DNA of 61,627 bases, counting the filler, from Thermodesulfobacteriota bacterium (GTDB lineage Bacteria > DASVDK01), in the NCBI GenBank assembly GCA_036381125.1. It is 5 parts of 5 records of this genome, joined end to end, with 100 filler letters (N's around TTAATTAATTAA, not from the genome) between each part and the next. Parts side by side here need not be neighbours in the genome. Positions count along the whole stretch, not along the records: positions 1 to 18,421 come from DASVDK010000364.1; positions 18,522 to 29,422 come from DASVDK010000366.1; 3 more parts are not named here. One strand, given 5' to 3'. The notes under the pieces are model-generated. The model was not told the DNA's origin. It saw nothing but the letters and a program-made list of their open reading frames with translations, and did no database searches. The translations under genes and the position numbers were made by a program. The number at the start of each line of letters is the position of its first letter. Position 1 is the first letter of the stretch. This document shows positions 9,830 to 19,544 of the stretch, piece by piece.

Positions 9830-11378
9830 CGACGGTGACTCCGAGGAGCGTGTCCTTGAGGACGTTCTTTTGGACCTTGCCGAGGCCGTTGCGGGGGAGT
9901 TCGGGCACGACGACGATCCGCTCCGGGACCTTGTAGCTGGCGAGCCGGGCCCGGCAGTACGCGAGGAGTTCCGCCGCGTCGATCCCGGCGCCGGCGCGCG
10001 GGACGATCGCCGCCACGACCCGCTCGCCCCACTGCTCGTCCGGCAGCCCGACGGCGGCGGCGCTGTCGACCAGCGGGTGCGAGGCGAGCACGACCTCGAT
10101 CTCGGCCGGGGCGATGTTCTCGCCGGCCCGGATGATGAGGTCCTTCCGCCGGCCGGCGAGGAACAGGTAGCCGTCCTCGTCGAGCCAGCCGAGGTCGCCC
10201 GTGTGGTGCCAGCCGGTCCCCCCGCCCCCGCTTCCGTCGGCCGACTCCGGCGCGGCGACGCGCGCCGACCGGACCAGCACCTCGCCGACCGTCCCGCGCG
10301 GCGCCTCCGCGCCGCCCTCGGCGACGATCCGGACCTCGACGTCCGGCAGCGGCCGGCCGACCGAGGCCAGGCGACGGCGGCGGCGCTCGACGACGTCGGG
10401 CGCCCCTTCGAGCCGGTGGTCCTCCGGCCCGAGCACCGAGACGGTCCCGAGGGTCTCGGTCTGGCCGAAGGACTGGCTGAACGACACGTGTCTCGGAAGG
10501 GTCTCGATCGCCTCGAGGATCACCGGCGTCGGCATGGGGGCCGCGCCGTACGACACGAGCCGCAGCGAGGCGAGGTCGGTGCGCGGCAGGCTGGGATGGT
10601 CGAGCACGAGCTTGAGCATCGTCGGCACGAGGAAGGCGTGCGTGATCCGTTCGGCCTCGACCGTGCGCAGCCAGGCCTCCGCGTCGAACTGCGGCAGGAG
10701 TACCGCCCGCAGGCCTCCGAACAGGCTGGTCAGCAGGGCGCTCAGCCCGGCGATGTGGTAGAGCGGCGCCGCGATCAGGTTCGCGCCCCGCGGTCGGCCG
10801 TCGGCCATCTCTCCGGCCCCGAGCACGTAGGAGACGAGCCCGTCGTGCCGCATCCGCACCGGCTTCGGCAGGCCGGTCGTGCCGCTCGTGTACATCAGGA
10901 CCGCGACGTCGTCGCCGCTGCCCGCGGCGACGCCGAGCGGCACCGCGCCCCGGGCCAGGTCGCGCAGCGACGGCGCCGACGGCGATCCCTCGTCCAGGCC
11001 GTAGACCCGCCGCAGCGACGGCACCCCGGCGGCCGCGGCCGCGACGAGTTCTGCATAGCGCTCCTCCCGGAACAGCACCGCCACGCGGGCGTCGGCGAGG
11101 AGGTGCGCGAGCTCGTCGCGCTTGGCCCGGTAGTTCAACGGGACGAACGTGGCGCCGAGGAGCGCGCTCGCGAAGAGGACGTCGACGAACGCCGGCGAGT
11201 TGGTCGCCATGATCCCGACGACGTCGCCCCGCCCGACCCCCTGCGCGGCGAGCGCGCCCGCCAGGAGCGTCGCGCGCTGCCACATCTGGCGGTAGCGAAG
11301 GCTCCGGCCGGCGAAGGTCACGGCCGGCTGGTCCGGCGCGGCCTCGGCCGGAAGCGCGAGGAGGTCGGCGACCGTCAT
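9810..11378 (-). CDS. Acyl-CoA synthetase / AMP-dependent ligase
   Basis: MYTSGTTGLPKP, FGQTE, WHHTGDLG, GRRKDLIIRAGENI and LPRNGLGKV ANL motifs. Confidence 0.93.
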   Translation of the reverse strand: MTVADLLALPAEAAPDQPAVTFAGRSLRYRQMWQRATLLAGALAAQGVGRGDVVGIMATNSPAFVDVLFASALLGATFVPLNYRAKRDELAHLLADARVAVLFREERYAELVAAAAAGVPSLRRVYGLDEGSPSAPSLRDLARGAVPLGVAAGSGDDVAVLMYTSGTTGLPKPVRMRHDGLVSYVLGAGEMADGRPRGANLIAAPLYHIAGLSALLTSLFGGLRAVLLPQFDAEAWLRTVEAERITHAFLVPTMLKLVLDHPSLPRTDLASLRLVSYGAAPMPTPVILEAIETLPRHVSFSQSFGQTETLGTVSVLGPEDHRLEGAPDVVERRRRRLASVGRPLPDVEVRIVAEGGAEAPRGTVGEVLVRSARVAAPESADGSGGGGTGWHHTGDLGWLDEDGYLFLAGRRKDLIIRAGENIAPAEIEVVLASHPLVDSAAAVGLPDEQWGERVVAAIVPRAGAGIDAAELLAYCRARLASYKVPERIVVVPELPRNGLGKVQKNVLKDTLLGVTVDADQNR

Positions 11379-11397
11379 CGGCCGGGCGTTCCGGCGC

Positions 11398-12609
11398 TCA
11401 CCGGAGGACCTCCTCCGCCACGAGCCGTGCGACCTCCTCGTCGGTGAGGCCGAGGATCTCCTTGCAGACGTAGTCGTTGTGCTCGCCGAGGAACGGGGCC
11501 CGCCGCGTGATGCGCCGCGGGACGTCGTTCATCCGCCAGGGGACGTTGTAGACGACCTCGCGCCCGAGGATCGGGTGGTCGATCTCCACGTAGGTCTCCC
11601 GCTCGCGATAGTGCGGATCGAAGTAGCGCGCCTCGTGGTCCATCAGGGGCGCGGCCGGAACCCCGTGGCGCGTCAGCCGCTCGACCAGCTCGGCGCTGCC
11701 GAACCCCCGCGTCCAGGCCGCCAGATGCCGGTCGAGGGCAAAGAGGTTCTCCAACCGGCCGGCCGCCGTCCGGAACTCCGGCCCGAGCGCCCACTCCGGG
11801 GACCCCATCGCGGCCACGAGCGCGGCCCACTGCGCCTCGTCCCCCACCGCGATCGACACCCACGAGTCGGCGTCTCGGCACGGGTAGTTCCCGCACGGCG
11901 CCAGCCCGGCGTACCGGTTCCCCTGCGGCGCGGCGACGCGGCCGTTCATGACGTAGTCCATCACCGCCTCGGCGACGGTGACGATGGTCGTCTCCCACTG
12001 GGAGAGGTCGATGTGCTGCCCCTCGCCGGTGCGCTGTCGGTGGACCAGCGCCGCCATGAGGGCCACGGCGGCGTGGAGGCTCGCGTTCGGGTCCGCGTAC
12101 GCCTGCTGCGAGCCGAGCGGGCGCTCGCCGGGGTACCCGACGAGGTAGTCGATGCCGGCGAGCGCGGCCATGATCGTCGCGTACCCCCGCACGTCCCGCA
12201 GCGGCCCGTCCCCCCCGGCGGCCGACATCGAGATCATCACGAGGCTCGGGTTGACCTCCCGCAGCGCCGCGTAGTCGAGACCGACGCGCGAGAGGTAGCC
12301 GGGGGCGAAGTTCTCGATGGCGGCGTCGCTCCTGGCGACGAGCCGCCGCACCAGATCGGCTCCGCGGGGGTCGTTCAGGTCGACCGTGAGGCCGAGCTTT
12401 CCCCGGTTCACGTTGTGGAACATGTGGTTCTGCTCGGGGTCGAGCTTGTCGCCGATGATCGGCCGGCCGCGCCGCATGAAGTCGAGCCGCTTGTGCGACT
12501 CGATCTTGATCACCTCGGCGCCGAGGTCGGCGAGGAGCTGGCCCGGCACGGCGCCGGCCCAGACCCAGCCGAAGTCGACCACCCGGACCCCTTCGAGCGG
12601 CAGCGTCAT
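11398..12609 (-). CDS. Family III (CaiB/BaiF) CoA-transferase, catalytic-type subunit
   Basis: LEGVRVVDFGWVWAGA..ADLGAEVIKIE and NRGK; Asp in AYADP at the catalytic position. Confidence 0.9.
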   Translation of the reverse strand: MTLPLEGVRVVDFGWVWAGAVPGQLLADLGAEVIKIESHKRLDFMRRGRPIIGDKLDPEQNHMFHNVNRGKLGLTVDLNDPRGADLVRRLVARSDAAIENFAPGYLSRVGLDYAALREVNPSLVMISMSAAGGDGPLRDVRGYATIMAALAGIDYLVGYPGERPLGSQQAYADPNASLHAAVALMAALVHRQRTGEGQHIDLSQWETTIVTVAEAVMDYVMNGRVAAPQGNRYAGLAPCGNYPCRDADSWVSIAVGDEAQWAALVAAMGSPEWALGPEFRTAAGRLENLFALDRHLAAWTRGFGSAELVERLTRHGVPAAPLMDHEARYFDPHYRERETYVEIDHPILGREVVYNVPWRMNDVPRRITRRAPFLGEHNDYVCKEILGLTDEEVARLVAEEVLR

Positions 12610-13823
12610 GGCCGGACGACTCCATCGGCCGCAAGCGCGTCCCAGCGCGCGTCGTCCACGTCCAGCACCTCTCTCAGGACCTCCCGCGTGTGCTCGCCGA
12701 GCAGCGGGGCGGCGCGCCGAAGCGACCAGGGCGTGCGCCCGAGCCGATACGGCGCCCCCGGGTACCGGAGCCTGCCGGCCCGGGGATGCGACACCTCGGC
12801 CCAGAAGCCGCGCGCGGCGAGGTGCTCGTGGCCCACGACCTCGTCCATCGCCAGCAGCGGCGCCCCCGCGATCCGGTAGCGGCGCGTCAGCTCGAAGATC
12901 TCGGCGCGCGTCCGCGCGGCGAGCCAGGGCGCAAGGTGCGCGTCCAGCTCGTCCCCGTGCTCCTCGTTGGCCCTGACGCGGTCCCTGTACTTCGGATCGC
13001 GAGTCCACTCGGGGCTGCCGATCATCTCGACGAACGCTTCCCAATGCCGCCGCTCGGAGGCCTGCAAGGCGAAGTACCCGTCGCGGCACGGCAGGACGGT
13101 GTGCGGCCAGGGGAGGCCGAGCAGCCGGTGTCCCGAGCGCCGCCTGAGCCGCCCCGAGAAGAGCCACGCGACGACGCCCGGCCCGGTGTGGATCGTCGCC
13201 CACACCTCGGCTTCCGATATGTCGTTCAGCCGGCCCCGGCCCGTGCGGGTCCGCCCGAGGACCGACGCCAGCACGGCGAAGGCCGCGACGAGCCCGGCCT
13301 GGAAGCCGGTCTGGTCGTAGGGGAGCTTGAGCGGCTCCCGGTCCGGCGCGCCGATGCCCAGGCTGACGCCGCCGGCGGCCGCCACGTTGATGTCGTGGGC
13401 CGGGCGATCCCTGTACGGCCCGGTGAGGCCGTACGGCGTCACGACCGCGGCGACGAGCCTCGGGTTGCGCGCCTCGAGATCCGCCCAGCGCAGCCCGGCC
13501 GCCTCGAGCTCGGCCGGCATCCCGCCGGCGACGAGCGCGTCGGCGCGCTCGACGAGGTCGAGCACGATCGCGCGGCCCGCCGGCCTGGCGCCGTCGACGG
13601 CGACGGAGCGCTTGTTGGCGTTCGCGAACAGGAAGAGGCCGCTCGCCTCGGGGTCCGGCCGGTCCCCGGGGAACGGGCCGTGGCGGCGGGCCGGGTCGCC
13701 CTCGAGCGGCTCGACCTTGATCACGTCGGCGCCGAGGTCGGCGAGCAGCTTCCCCGCGTAGGCCGCCCCCGGGCGCCCCCCGAACTCGACGACGCGCAGC
13801 CCCTCCAGCGCCCCGCGCGCCAT
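12606..13823 (-). CDS. Family III CoA-transferase, probable non-catalytic subunit
   Basis: LEGLRVVEF..AYAGKLLADLGADVIKVEP and NANKRS; QTGFQAG where the catalytic Asp is expected. Confidence 0.88.
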   Translation of the reverse strand: MARGALEGLRVVEFGGRPGAAYAGKLLADLGADVIKVEPLEGDPARRHGPFPGDRPDPEASGLFLFANANKRSVAVDGARPAGRAIVLDLVERADALVAGGMPAELEAAGLRWADLEARNPRLVAAVVTPYGLTGPYRDRPAHDINVAAAGGVSLGIGAPDREPLKLPYDQTGFQAGLVAAFAVLASVLGRTRTGRGRLNDISEAEVWATIHTGPGVVAWLFSGRLRRRSGHRLLGLPWPHTVLPCRDGYFALQASERRHWEAFVEMIGSPEWTRDPKYRDRVRANEEHGDELDAHLAPWLAARTRAEIFELTRRYRIAGAPLLAMDEVVGHEHLAARGFWAEVSHPRAGRLRYPGAPYRLGRTPWSLRRAAPLLGEHTREVLREVLDVDDARWDALAADGVVRP

Positions 13824-15019
13824 CAGTAGATCACCCTCGCCTCGACGAGCGACTCGATCTCGGCCGCCGAGAGCCCGAGCAGCTCCCCGAAGACCTCTGC
13901 CGTGTGCTCGCCGAGGTCCGGGGACCAGCCGACCGCGTCGGCCGGGGTTCGCGAGAACTTCCACGGCGGGCGGACCGCACGGCGCCGCCCGTGGCGCGGG
14001 TGCTCGATGGTCGGGAGCATGTCGCGCGCCTCGGTCTGCGGGTCCGCGTGGATGTCGGCCGGGCTCATGGACGGGATGGCCGCGACGCCGTGCGCCTGAC
14101 AGCGGCGCGTGATCTCCTCCGCCGCGTGCCGGGAGGTCCACTCCGCGAGCCGGCGGTCGATCTCGTCGCGATGGGTCCATCGCCCGACCGCGTCGTCGAA
14201 GCGGCCGTCCGACGCCCACCCGGGATCGCCGGCCGCGGCGCGCAGGCCGAGCCACTCGGCGTCGCTGCCGACGGCGATCGCCACCCACCGGTCCTTGCCG
14301 GCGCAGGGATAGACGCCGTGCGGGGCCATGATGTGGTCGGCGTTCCCCATGCGGGCCGCGCTGCGGCCCCCCGCGGCGTACTCCACCAGGTACTCGCCGA
14401 TCAGGCTGCTCGCCACCTCCTGCCCCGAGACGTCGACGTGCTGGCCCTCTCCGGTTCGCCGCTGGTGGTAGAGGGCGAACAGCGCCCCGCACGCCGCCGA
14501 GAGCCCGACGGAGTGGTCCATGATGTGGCGGATCTCGACCGGCGGGCCGTCCTCGTACCCGGTCAGGTAGCCGAGCCCCCCGGTCGCCCCGAAGATCGGC
14601 GCGTAGCCCGGGTTCTCCCGCTCCGGCCCGGTCTGGCCGGCCGCGGAGACCGACAGGAGGATGATGCGGCGGTTCAGCTTGCTGAGGTCGGCGTAGCCGA
14701 GCCCCAGCCGGTCCATCACGCCCGGCCGGAAGCTCTCCGCCACCAGGTCGCTCACCTTCGCGAGCGCCCGCGCAAGCTCGATCCCGCGCGGGTCCTTGAG
14801 GTTCAGCCGCACGGAGCGCTTCCGCATCTGGACCTGCTCGAAGTTCGGGACGTCGAGGCGGCCGTAGACCGGGTGGGGCCGGCGGTGGATGTCGAGGCGC
14901 ATCGCGCTCTCGACCTTGATCACCTCGGCCCCCATGCAGGCGAGGAGCATCGTCGCGAAGGGACCGGCGTTGTGCAGCGTGAAGTCGAGAACGCGGACGC
15001 CGTCGAGGGGCGGCTTCAT
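13823..15019 (-). CDS. Family III CoA-transferase, catalytic-type subunit
   Basis: LDGVRVLDFTLHNAGP..MGAEVIKVE and ESFRPGVMDRLGL; Asp in HIMDHS. Confidence 0.9.
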   Translation of the reverse strand: MKPPLDGVRVLDFTLHNAGPFATMLLACMGAEVIKVESAMRLDIHRRPHPVYGRLDVPNFEQVQMRKRSVRLNLKDPRGIELARALAKVSDLVAESFRPGVMDRLGLGYADLSKLNRRIILLSVSAAGQTGPERENPGYAPIFGATGGLGYLTGYEDGPPVEIRHIMDHSVGLSAACGALFALYHQRRTGEGQHVDVSGQEVASSLIGEYLVEYAAGGRSAARMGNADHIMAPHGVYPCAGKDRWVAIAVGSDAEWLGLRAAAGDPGWASDGRFDDAVGRWTHRDEIDRRLAEWTSRHAAEEITRRCQAHGVAAIPSMSPADIHADPQTEARDMLPTIEHPRHGRRRAVRPPWKFSRTPADAVGWSPDLGEHTAEVFGELLGLSAAEIESLVEARVIY

Positions 15020-15029
15020 GGTGTCGGCC

Positions 15030-16295
15030 TCAGATCACTCCGGCGGAGACGAGCTTGGCCAACTCCTCCGCCGAGAGGCCGAGCTCGTCCTGATAGACGG
15101 CGCGGTTGTGCTCGCCGAGGCGGGGCGCCCCCTTGCGGAGCATGGCCGGCGTCGCCGAGAACCGGAACGGAAAGGTGGGGGTCCGGATGAACCCCAGCTC
15201 GTGGTGCGGAACCTCCTGGAAGAACCCCCGCTCCCGCTCGTGCCGGGACTCGCAGACGTCCGCCGGGGAGTGGAACTGGCCCACCGGGACCCCGTGCCGC
15301 CGCGCGCGCGCCAGGACCTCGGCGACCGTGTGCGTGCGGCTCCACGCCCTGAGCTTCCGGTTGATCTCGGCGCCGTGCTCGGCTCGCCGGATGGGATCGC
15401 GGAAGCGCTCGTCGCGGGTCCATTCCGGGTTGTCCATCATCGCGACGAGCCCCTCCCACTGCCGCTGCTCCAGCGTGAGGAGCGCGACGTACCCGTCCGC
15501 GCAGGGGAGAACGCCGCCGTAACGGAACGACCTGGTCGTCCGGTGCTCGAGCACGCCGTCGGTGTACCGCTGCAGCGCCATGCAGCTCAGGACGAGCTGA
15601 ACGTCCCGCTGCGCCAGGTCGATGCTCTGCCCGAGGCCGTCGCCCGCGCGGGCGATCAGCGCCGCCGCGACCGCCGCGGCCGCGGAGAGCCCGGCCTGGT
15701 ACTGGGCGGGCAGGCCGCCGATCTTGAGCGGGGGGCGCTCGGGGAACAGCTCGAGCGCGAGCCCGTTGGGAAGCAGGTACCCCTCTCCCCCCGCGTGGAA
15801 GACCTGCAGTTCGTAGGCCCGGTAGTTCCGCCAGGGCCCGGTCACGCCGAAGGGCGTGATCGACACCGCGACGAGCGCCCGGTTGAGCCGGCCGAGGCTC
15901 GCCGCGTCGATCCCGACCTCCGCCTTCCGGTCGGGCGCGAGGTCCTCGATCAGCACGTCGGCGCGCTCGAGGAGGCGGCCGAGCAGCGCCCGCCCGGCCG
16001 GTTGCCCCACGTCGAGCGTGACCCCGCGCTTGTTGCAGTTGAGCGAGAAGAAGAGGGCGCTGTCCTCCGGCCCCGTTCGGCCGCCGAGGAACGGCTCCCG
16101 CCGCCTGGCCGGGTCGCCCAGGCCCGGCGGCTCGACCTTGACCACGTCGGCCCCGAGCGCGGCGAGGATCCTCCCGCAGTACGGCCCGGCGACCAGTCCC
16201 GCGACCTCGACGACCCGCAAGCCGGCGAGCATGGCCCGCGGCGCGTCGTCCCGGGCGGCGGGGGCCGGCCGCGTCGCGTCAGCGACCGGGGACAT
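15030..16295 (-). CDS. Family III CoA-transferase, probable non-catalytic subunit
   Basis: LAGLRVVEVAGLVAGPYCGRILAALGADVVKVEPP and NCNKRG; AQYQAG at the catalytic Asp position; start at ATG 16295 or 16232. Confidence 0.88.
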   Translation of the reverse strand: MSPVADATRPAPAARDDAPRAMLAGLRVVEVAGLVAGPYCGRILAALGADVVKVEPPGLGDPARRREPFLGGRTGPEDSALFFSLNCNKRGVTLDVGQPAGRALLGRLLERADVLIEDLAPDRKAEVGIDAASLGRLNRALVAVSITPFGVTGPWRNYRAYELQVFHAGGEGYLLPNGLALELFPERPPLKIGGLPAQYQAGLSAAAAVAAALIARAGDGLGQSIDLAQRDVQLVLSCMALQRYTDGVLEHRTTRSFRYGGVLPCADGYVALLTLEQRQWEGLVAMMDNPEWTRDERFRDPIRRAEHGAEINRKLRAWSRTHTVAEVLARARRHGVPVGQFHSPADVCESRHERERGFFQEVPHHELGFIRTPTFPFRFSATPAMLRKGAPRLGEHNRAVYQDELGLSAEELAKLVSAGVI

Positions 16296-17121
16296 ATCCG
16301 AGCGCCTTCGAGAACTCGCCCGCGACCTCGGCCACGGCCCGCTTGAGCCGCGCCTCGTCGCCGGGCCCGATGTACGGCAGCGGCACGGCGATCGCGAGCG
16401 CCGCTTCCGCGAAGCCGGAGCGTCCGATGACCGGCGCGCCGACGCCGAACACCTCGCGAAGCCGCCCGCCGTAGTTGCTCGAGACGCCGGCGCGGCGGAC
16501 CTCGCCGAGCACGCCTCGAAGCGCCGCCGGGGAGGTGATGGTCCTCTCGGTGACGGGTGCCAGGCCGCGCCCGATGACCCCGTCGACCACCTCGGGACTG
16601 GAGAAGGCGAGCAGCGCCAGGCCGGATGCGGTCGCATGCGCCGGCAGCCTGGCGCCGACGTGCGACGTGGCGCTGAGCCGCTTGCGCCCCGGGAGCACGT
16701 CGATGTGGACCACGTCTCCCTTGTCGAGGACCGAGAGGATCACCGTCTCCTCGGTACGCTCGTTGAGCTGCTGCAGGTACCGCCGGCCGAGGTCGCGCAG
16801 GTTGAAGTTGACGAGCGAGCGGCTTCCGATCTCGTAGAGCCGCAACGAGAGGTGGTAGTACCCCGATGCCCTGTCCTTCTCCAGATAGCCGAGCGACTCG
16901 AGCGTCGAGAGGAGGCGGTAGACGTTCGTCTTGGGCAGGCCCATCAGCTTCTGGAGCGCCGGGATGTTGAGCCTGGGGCGCTCCACGGTGAACTGCTCGA
17001 GCAGGGTCATCGCCTCCCCGACCGTCTTGAGCGACTTCGGTCCGGTCGACCGTGCGGTGTCGTGACGCCGACGGCTCGGGGCCGCCGGCGCGCGCATGCG
17101 CGAGGTGAGGGGCGCCATCAC
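16279..17121 (-). CDS. IclR-family transcriptional regulator
   Basis: HTH GLPKTNVYRLLSTL..GYL; effector domain VGARLPAHATASG. Confidence 0.92.
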   Translation of the reverse strand: MMAPLTSRMRAPAAPSRRRHDTARSTGPKSLKTVGEAMTLLEQFTVERPRLNIPALQKLMGLPKTNVYRLLSTLESLGYLEKDRASGYYHLSLRLYEIGSRSLVNFNLRDLGRRYLQQLNERTEETVILSVLDKGDVVHIDVLPGRKRLSATSHVGARLPAHATASGLALLAFSSPEVVDGVIGRGLAPVTERTITSPAALRGVLGEVRRAGVSSNYGGRLREVFGVGAPVIGRSGFAEAALAIAVPLPYIGPGDEARLKRAVAEVAGEFSKALGYVPGR

Positions 17122-17168
17122 GGATCGCCTTTCGGAACGTCGCCTGCGCGACGCGGTGAACTCCGTTT

Positions 17169-17187
17169 CGTTCCACTATTAGGAACG
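17169..17187. promoter_or_regulatory. Palindromic operator, probable IclR site
   Basis: CGTTCC-ACTATTA-GGAACG inverted repeat in the relatively AT-rich divergent intergenic region. Confidence 0.55.
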
Positions 17188-17368
17188 TCGTTCCTCTCGT
17201 GTCGACCTGACTCTATTCGACTTGCGGTGAGCCTGTCAATAGCAATAGAAATGTGTTCGACACGCCCCGTGCGCCGGAGCGTGCGGCCACGGGCGAAACG
17301 CGGATGCGTGCGGGCGCGGAGACGGAGCGGCGCGTGAGTTCCACGAACCGGCGGGAGCGTCGAGGGCG

Positions 17369-18421
17369 ATGAGGACCCGCCTCCTCGAGGGCGTTCGGGT
17401 TCTCGACCTCTCGCAGGGCGCGGCGGGCGCCTTCGCCGGTCGATTCCTCGCGCTGCTCGGTGCCCGCGTGACGGCCGTGACCCTCCCCGGGTCCCCGCCC
17501 GCTCCGCCGACCCTGCGCGCCTTCCTCGGCCTCCACAAGTCGCGGCGCCGCCTCGACCCCGAACGCCGGCCGGACCGCGCGGCCCTCGACGCGCTCGTGC
17601 ACCGGTCCGACGCGATCGTCCTCGACCTGCCGCGCGAGCGGAGTCGGCGATGGGGTCTCGCGCCCGCGCAGCTCTCGCGCGCGCCCCTCCACCCTGTCGT
17701 CGTGGAGGTGACGGGCCTGTACGGCGCGCTGCCGTGGGCCGATCAGCCTCTGGCCGAGGTCGTCTGGCAGGCCGCCGGCGGGTGGGCCGCGCCGAACGGG
17801 GTGGAGGGCGCGCCGGCGCGCATCCGGGGTTACCCCGCCTCGTGCCTCGCGGGGGCCCACGTCGCGCTGGTCGTGGCCGCGCTCGCCTTCCGTCGTCTCG
17901 TCACCGGCCGCGGAGGGCAGGCCTCGGTCTCGACCGTCGAGAGCGTCGCCGCCGCGCTCGAAGGGTCGCTGAGCGAGCATTTCGCCTCGCGAGGCGAACG
18001 CGCGAGCGGCGCGGCCGAGTTTTCGGGGCGGAACGCGGCCGGCCCCGTGCGCGGCCGCGACGGCACGCTCCTCCTCTGCGCCCCGACCGACGAGCAGCGG
18101 CAAGACCTCCTCCATCTCCTCGGCGCCGCGGAGACGGCAACGCCGGCCGACCTTCCGGGCGGCCGCGTCGATCGGGCGGACATTTCCCCGCCGCTGCGCC
18201 GCCTCCTCCGGGACTGGACGCGCGACGCCTGGTTCCACACGACCCAGGCGTGGCGCCTGCCCTGCAGCGTCTTCCTCGAGACGGCCGAGCTGCTCCGGGA
18301 TCCGCACCTCGCCGCGCGCGGCTTCTTCCGCACCCGCGGCGGCCGTTCCGGCCCGGGCTCGCCCTGGCGGGCCACGAGTCGAGGCGGCCGCCCTTCCGAC
18401 GGCGCGGCCGGCCGGGCCGGC
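17369..18421 (+). CDS. Divergent, degenerate family III CoA-transferase-like protein (3' truncated by contig end)
   Basis: LLEGVRVLDLSQGAAGAFAGRFLALLGA and DPHLAARGFF; catalytic Asp absent (ASCLAG). Confidence 0.7.
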
Positions 18422-18521
18422 NNNNNNNNNNNNNNNNNNNNNNNNNNNNNNNNNNNNNNNNNNNNTTAATTAATTAANNNNNNNNNNNNNNNNNNNNNNN
18501 NNNNNNNNNNNNNNNNNNNNN
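18422..18521. other. Artificial contig spacer
   Basis: N run with TTAATTAATTAA (stops in all six frames). Confidence 0.98.
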
Positions 18522-18590
18522 GGAGCGGAGCCCGGCTTCGCCGGGCCGGAGCGGAAGCCGGCCGCGAGTCGGTGAAGGAGGCGTGAGATC

Positions 18591-19544
18591 GTGAAGCGCT
18601 GGCGGGAGGGGGCGGTCGTGGCGGCGGCGCTGGTGCTGGTGCTCGCCCTGCCGGCGGTTGCCGGGCGCTTCCAGCAGTACCTCGCCCTCAACGTGCTGCT
18701 GCTGGCCCTCTTCGCCCTGTCCTTCAACCTCCTCTTCGGCATGACCGGGCTCCTCTCCTTCGGCCACGCCGCGTTCTACGCGGCCGGCGCCTACGTGACC
18801 GGCCTCCTCCTGCGGAGCGACACCGTGTCGCTCCTGCCCGCGGTGCTCGCCGGCGCCCTCGCCGCGGGCGTGCTCGCGGCGGCGATCGGGGTCTTCTGCG
18901 TGCGGCACACCCACGTCTACTTCTCCATGCTCACGCTCGCCTTCGGGATGATGGTGTACGCGGTCGTCTGGAAGTGGACCGACGTGACGGGGGGCGACGA
19001 CGGCCTCATCGGCATCCCCCGCGGGCCGCTGGCGGTCGCCGGGGTGGAGCTGGCCAACCTGAACCCGCTGCCGGCCTACTTCCGGTTCGCCGGCGTCCTC
19101 GTCGTCCTCGCGATGTACGTGCTCTACCGCGTCTCGGCCTCGCCGTTCGGCCTGGTCCTCAGGGGGATCCGCGAGAACGGCGTCCGCGTGGAGTTCGCGG
19201 GGGTGCCGGTGCGCCGCTACGTGCTCCTCGCCTTCGTGCTGGCGGGGCTCTTCGCCGGGCTGGCCGGCGCGCTCGTGGCCCCCCTCGAGCAGACCGTGGC
19301 GCCGGCCTCCGCGCACTGGACGAAGTCGGCCGAGCCGGTCATGGCGACCCTCATCGGCGGGCCGCTGGCCTTCGCCGGCCCCATCGTCGGCGCGGCGGTC
19401 TACATCGGCCTCAAGGAGGTCATCGTCCGCTACACCACCTACTGGCTGCTGGTCTTCGGCGCGGGGCTGCTCGCCATCGTGCTCACCTTCCGAGGCGGGC
19501 TCCTCGGCGCCCTGGGCCGGTTCCGCGGCCGGGGGACGCCATGA
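18591..19544 (+). CDS. livM: Branched-chain amino acid ABC transporter permease (LivM-like)
   Basis: FNLLFGMTGLLSFGHAAF, YFSMLTLAF, TGGDDGL and SPFGLVLRGIREN. Confidence 0.9.
   Translation: MKRWREGAVVAAALVLVLALPAVAGRFQQYLALNVLLLALFALSFNLLFGMTGLLSFGHAAFYAAGAYVTGLLLRSDTVSLLPAVLAGALAAGVLAAAIGVFCVRHTHVYFSMLTLAFGMMVYAVVWKWTDVTGGDDGLIGIPRGPLAVAGVELANLNPLPAYFRFAGVLVVLAMYVLYRVSASPFGLVLRGIRENGVRVEFAGVPVRRYVLLAFVLAGLFAGLAGALVAPLEQTVAPASAHWTKSAEPVMATLIGGPLAFAGPIVGAAVYIGLKEVIVRYTTYWLLVFGAGLLAIVLTFRGGLLGALGRFRGRGTP

Noticed and set aside
18422-18521. TTAATTAATTAA palindrome within N runs (four occurrences)
   Set aside because: Identical 100-nt artificial contig spacers, not biological; cross-spacer gene neighbourhoods were ignored
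18523-18572. GCCCGGC-TTC-GCCGGGC hairpin (GAA loop on the minus strand), and CGCGAAGCAGGGGCCCGG near 41833, as extra copies of the double-hairpin repeat
   Set aside because: Single or degenerate hairpins without the conserved flanks; too weak to assign without a model search
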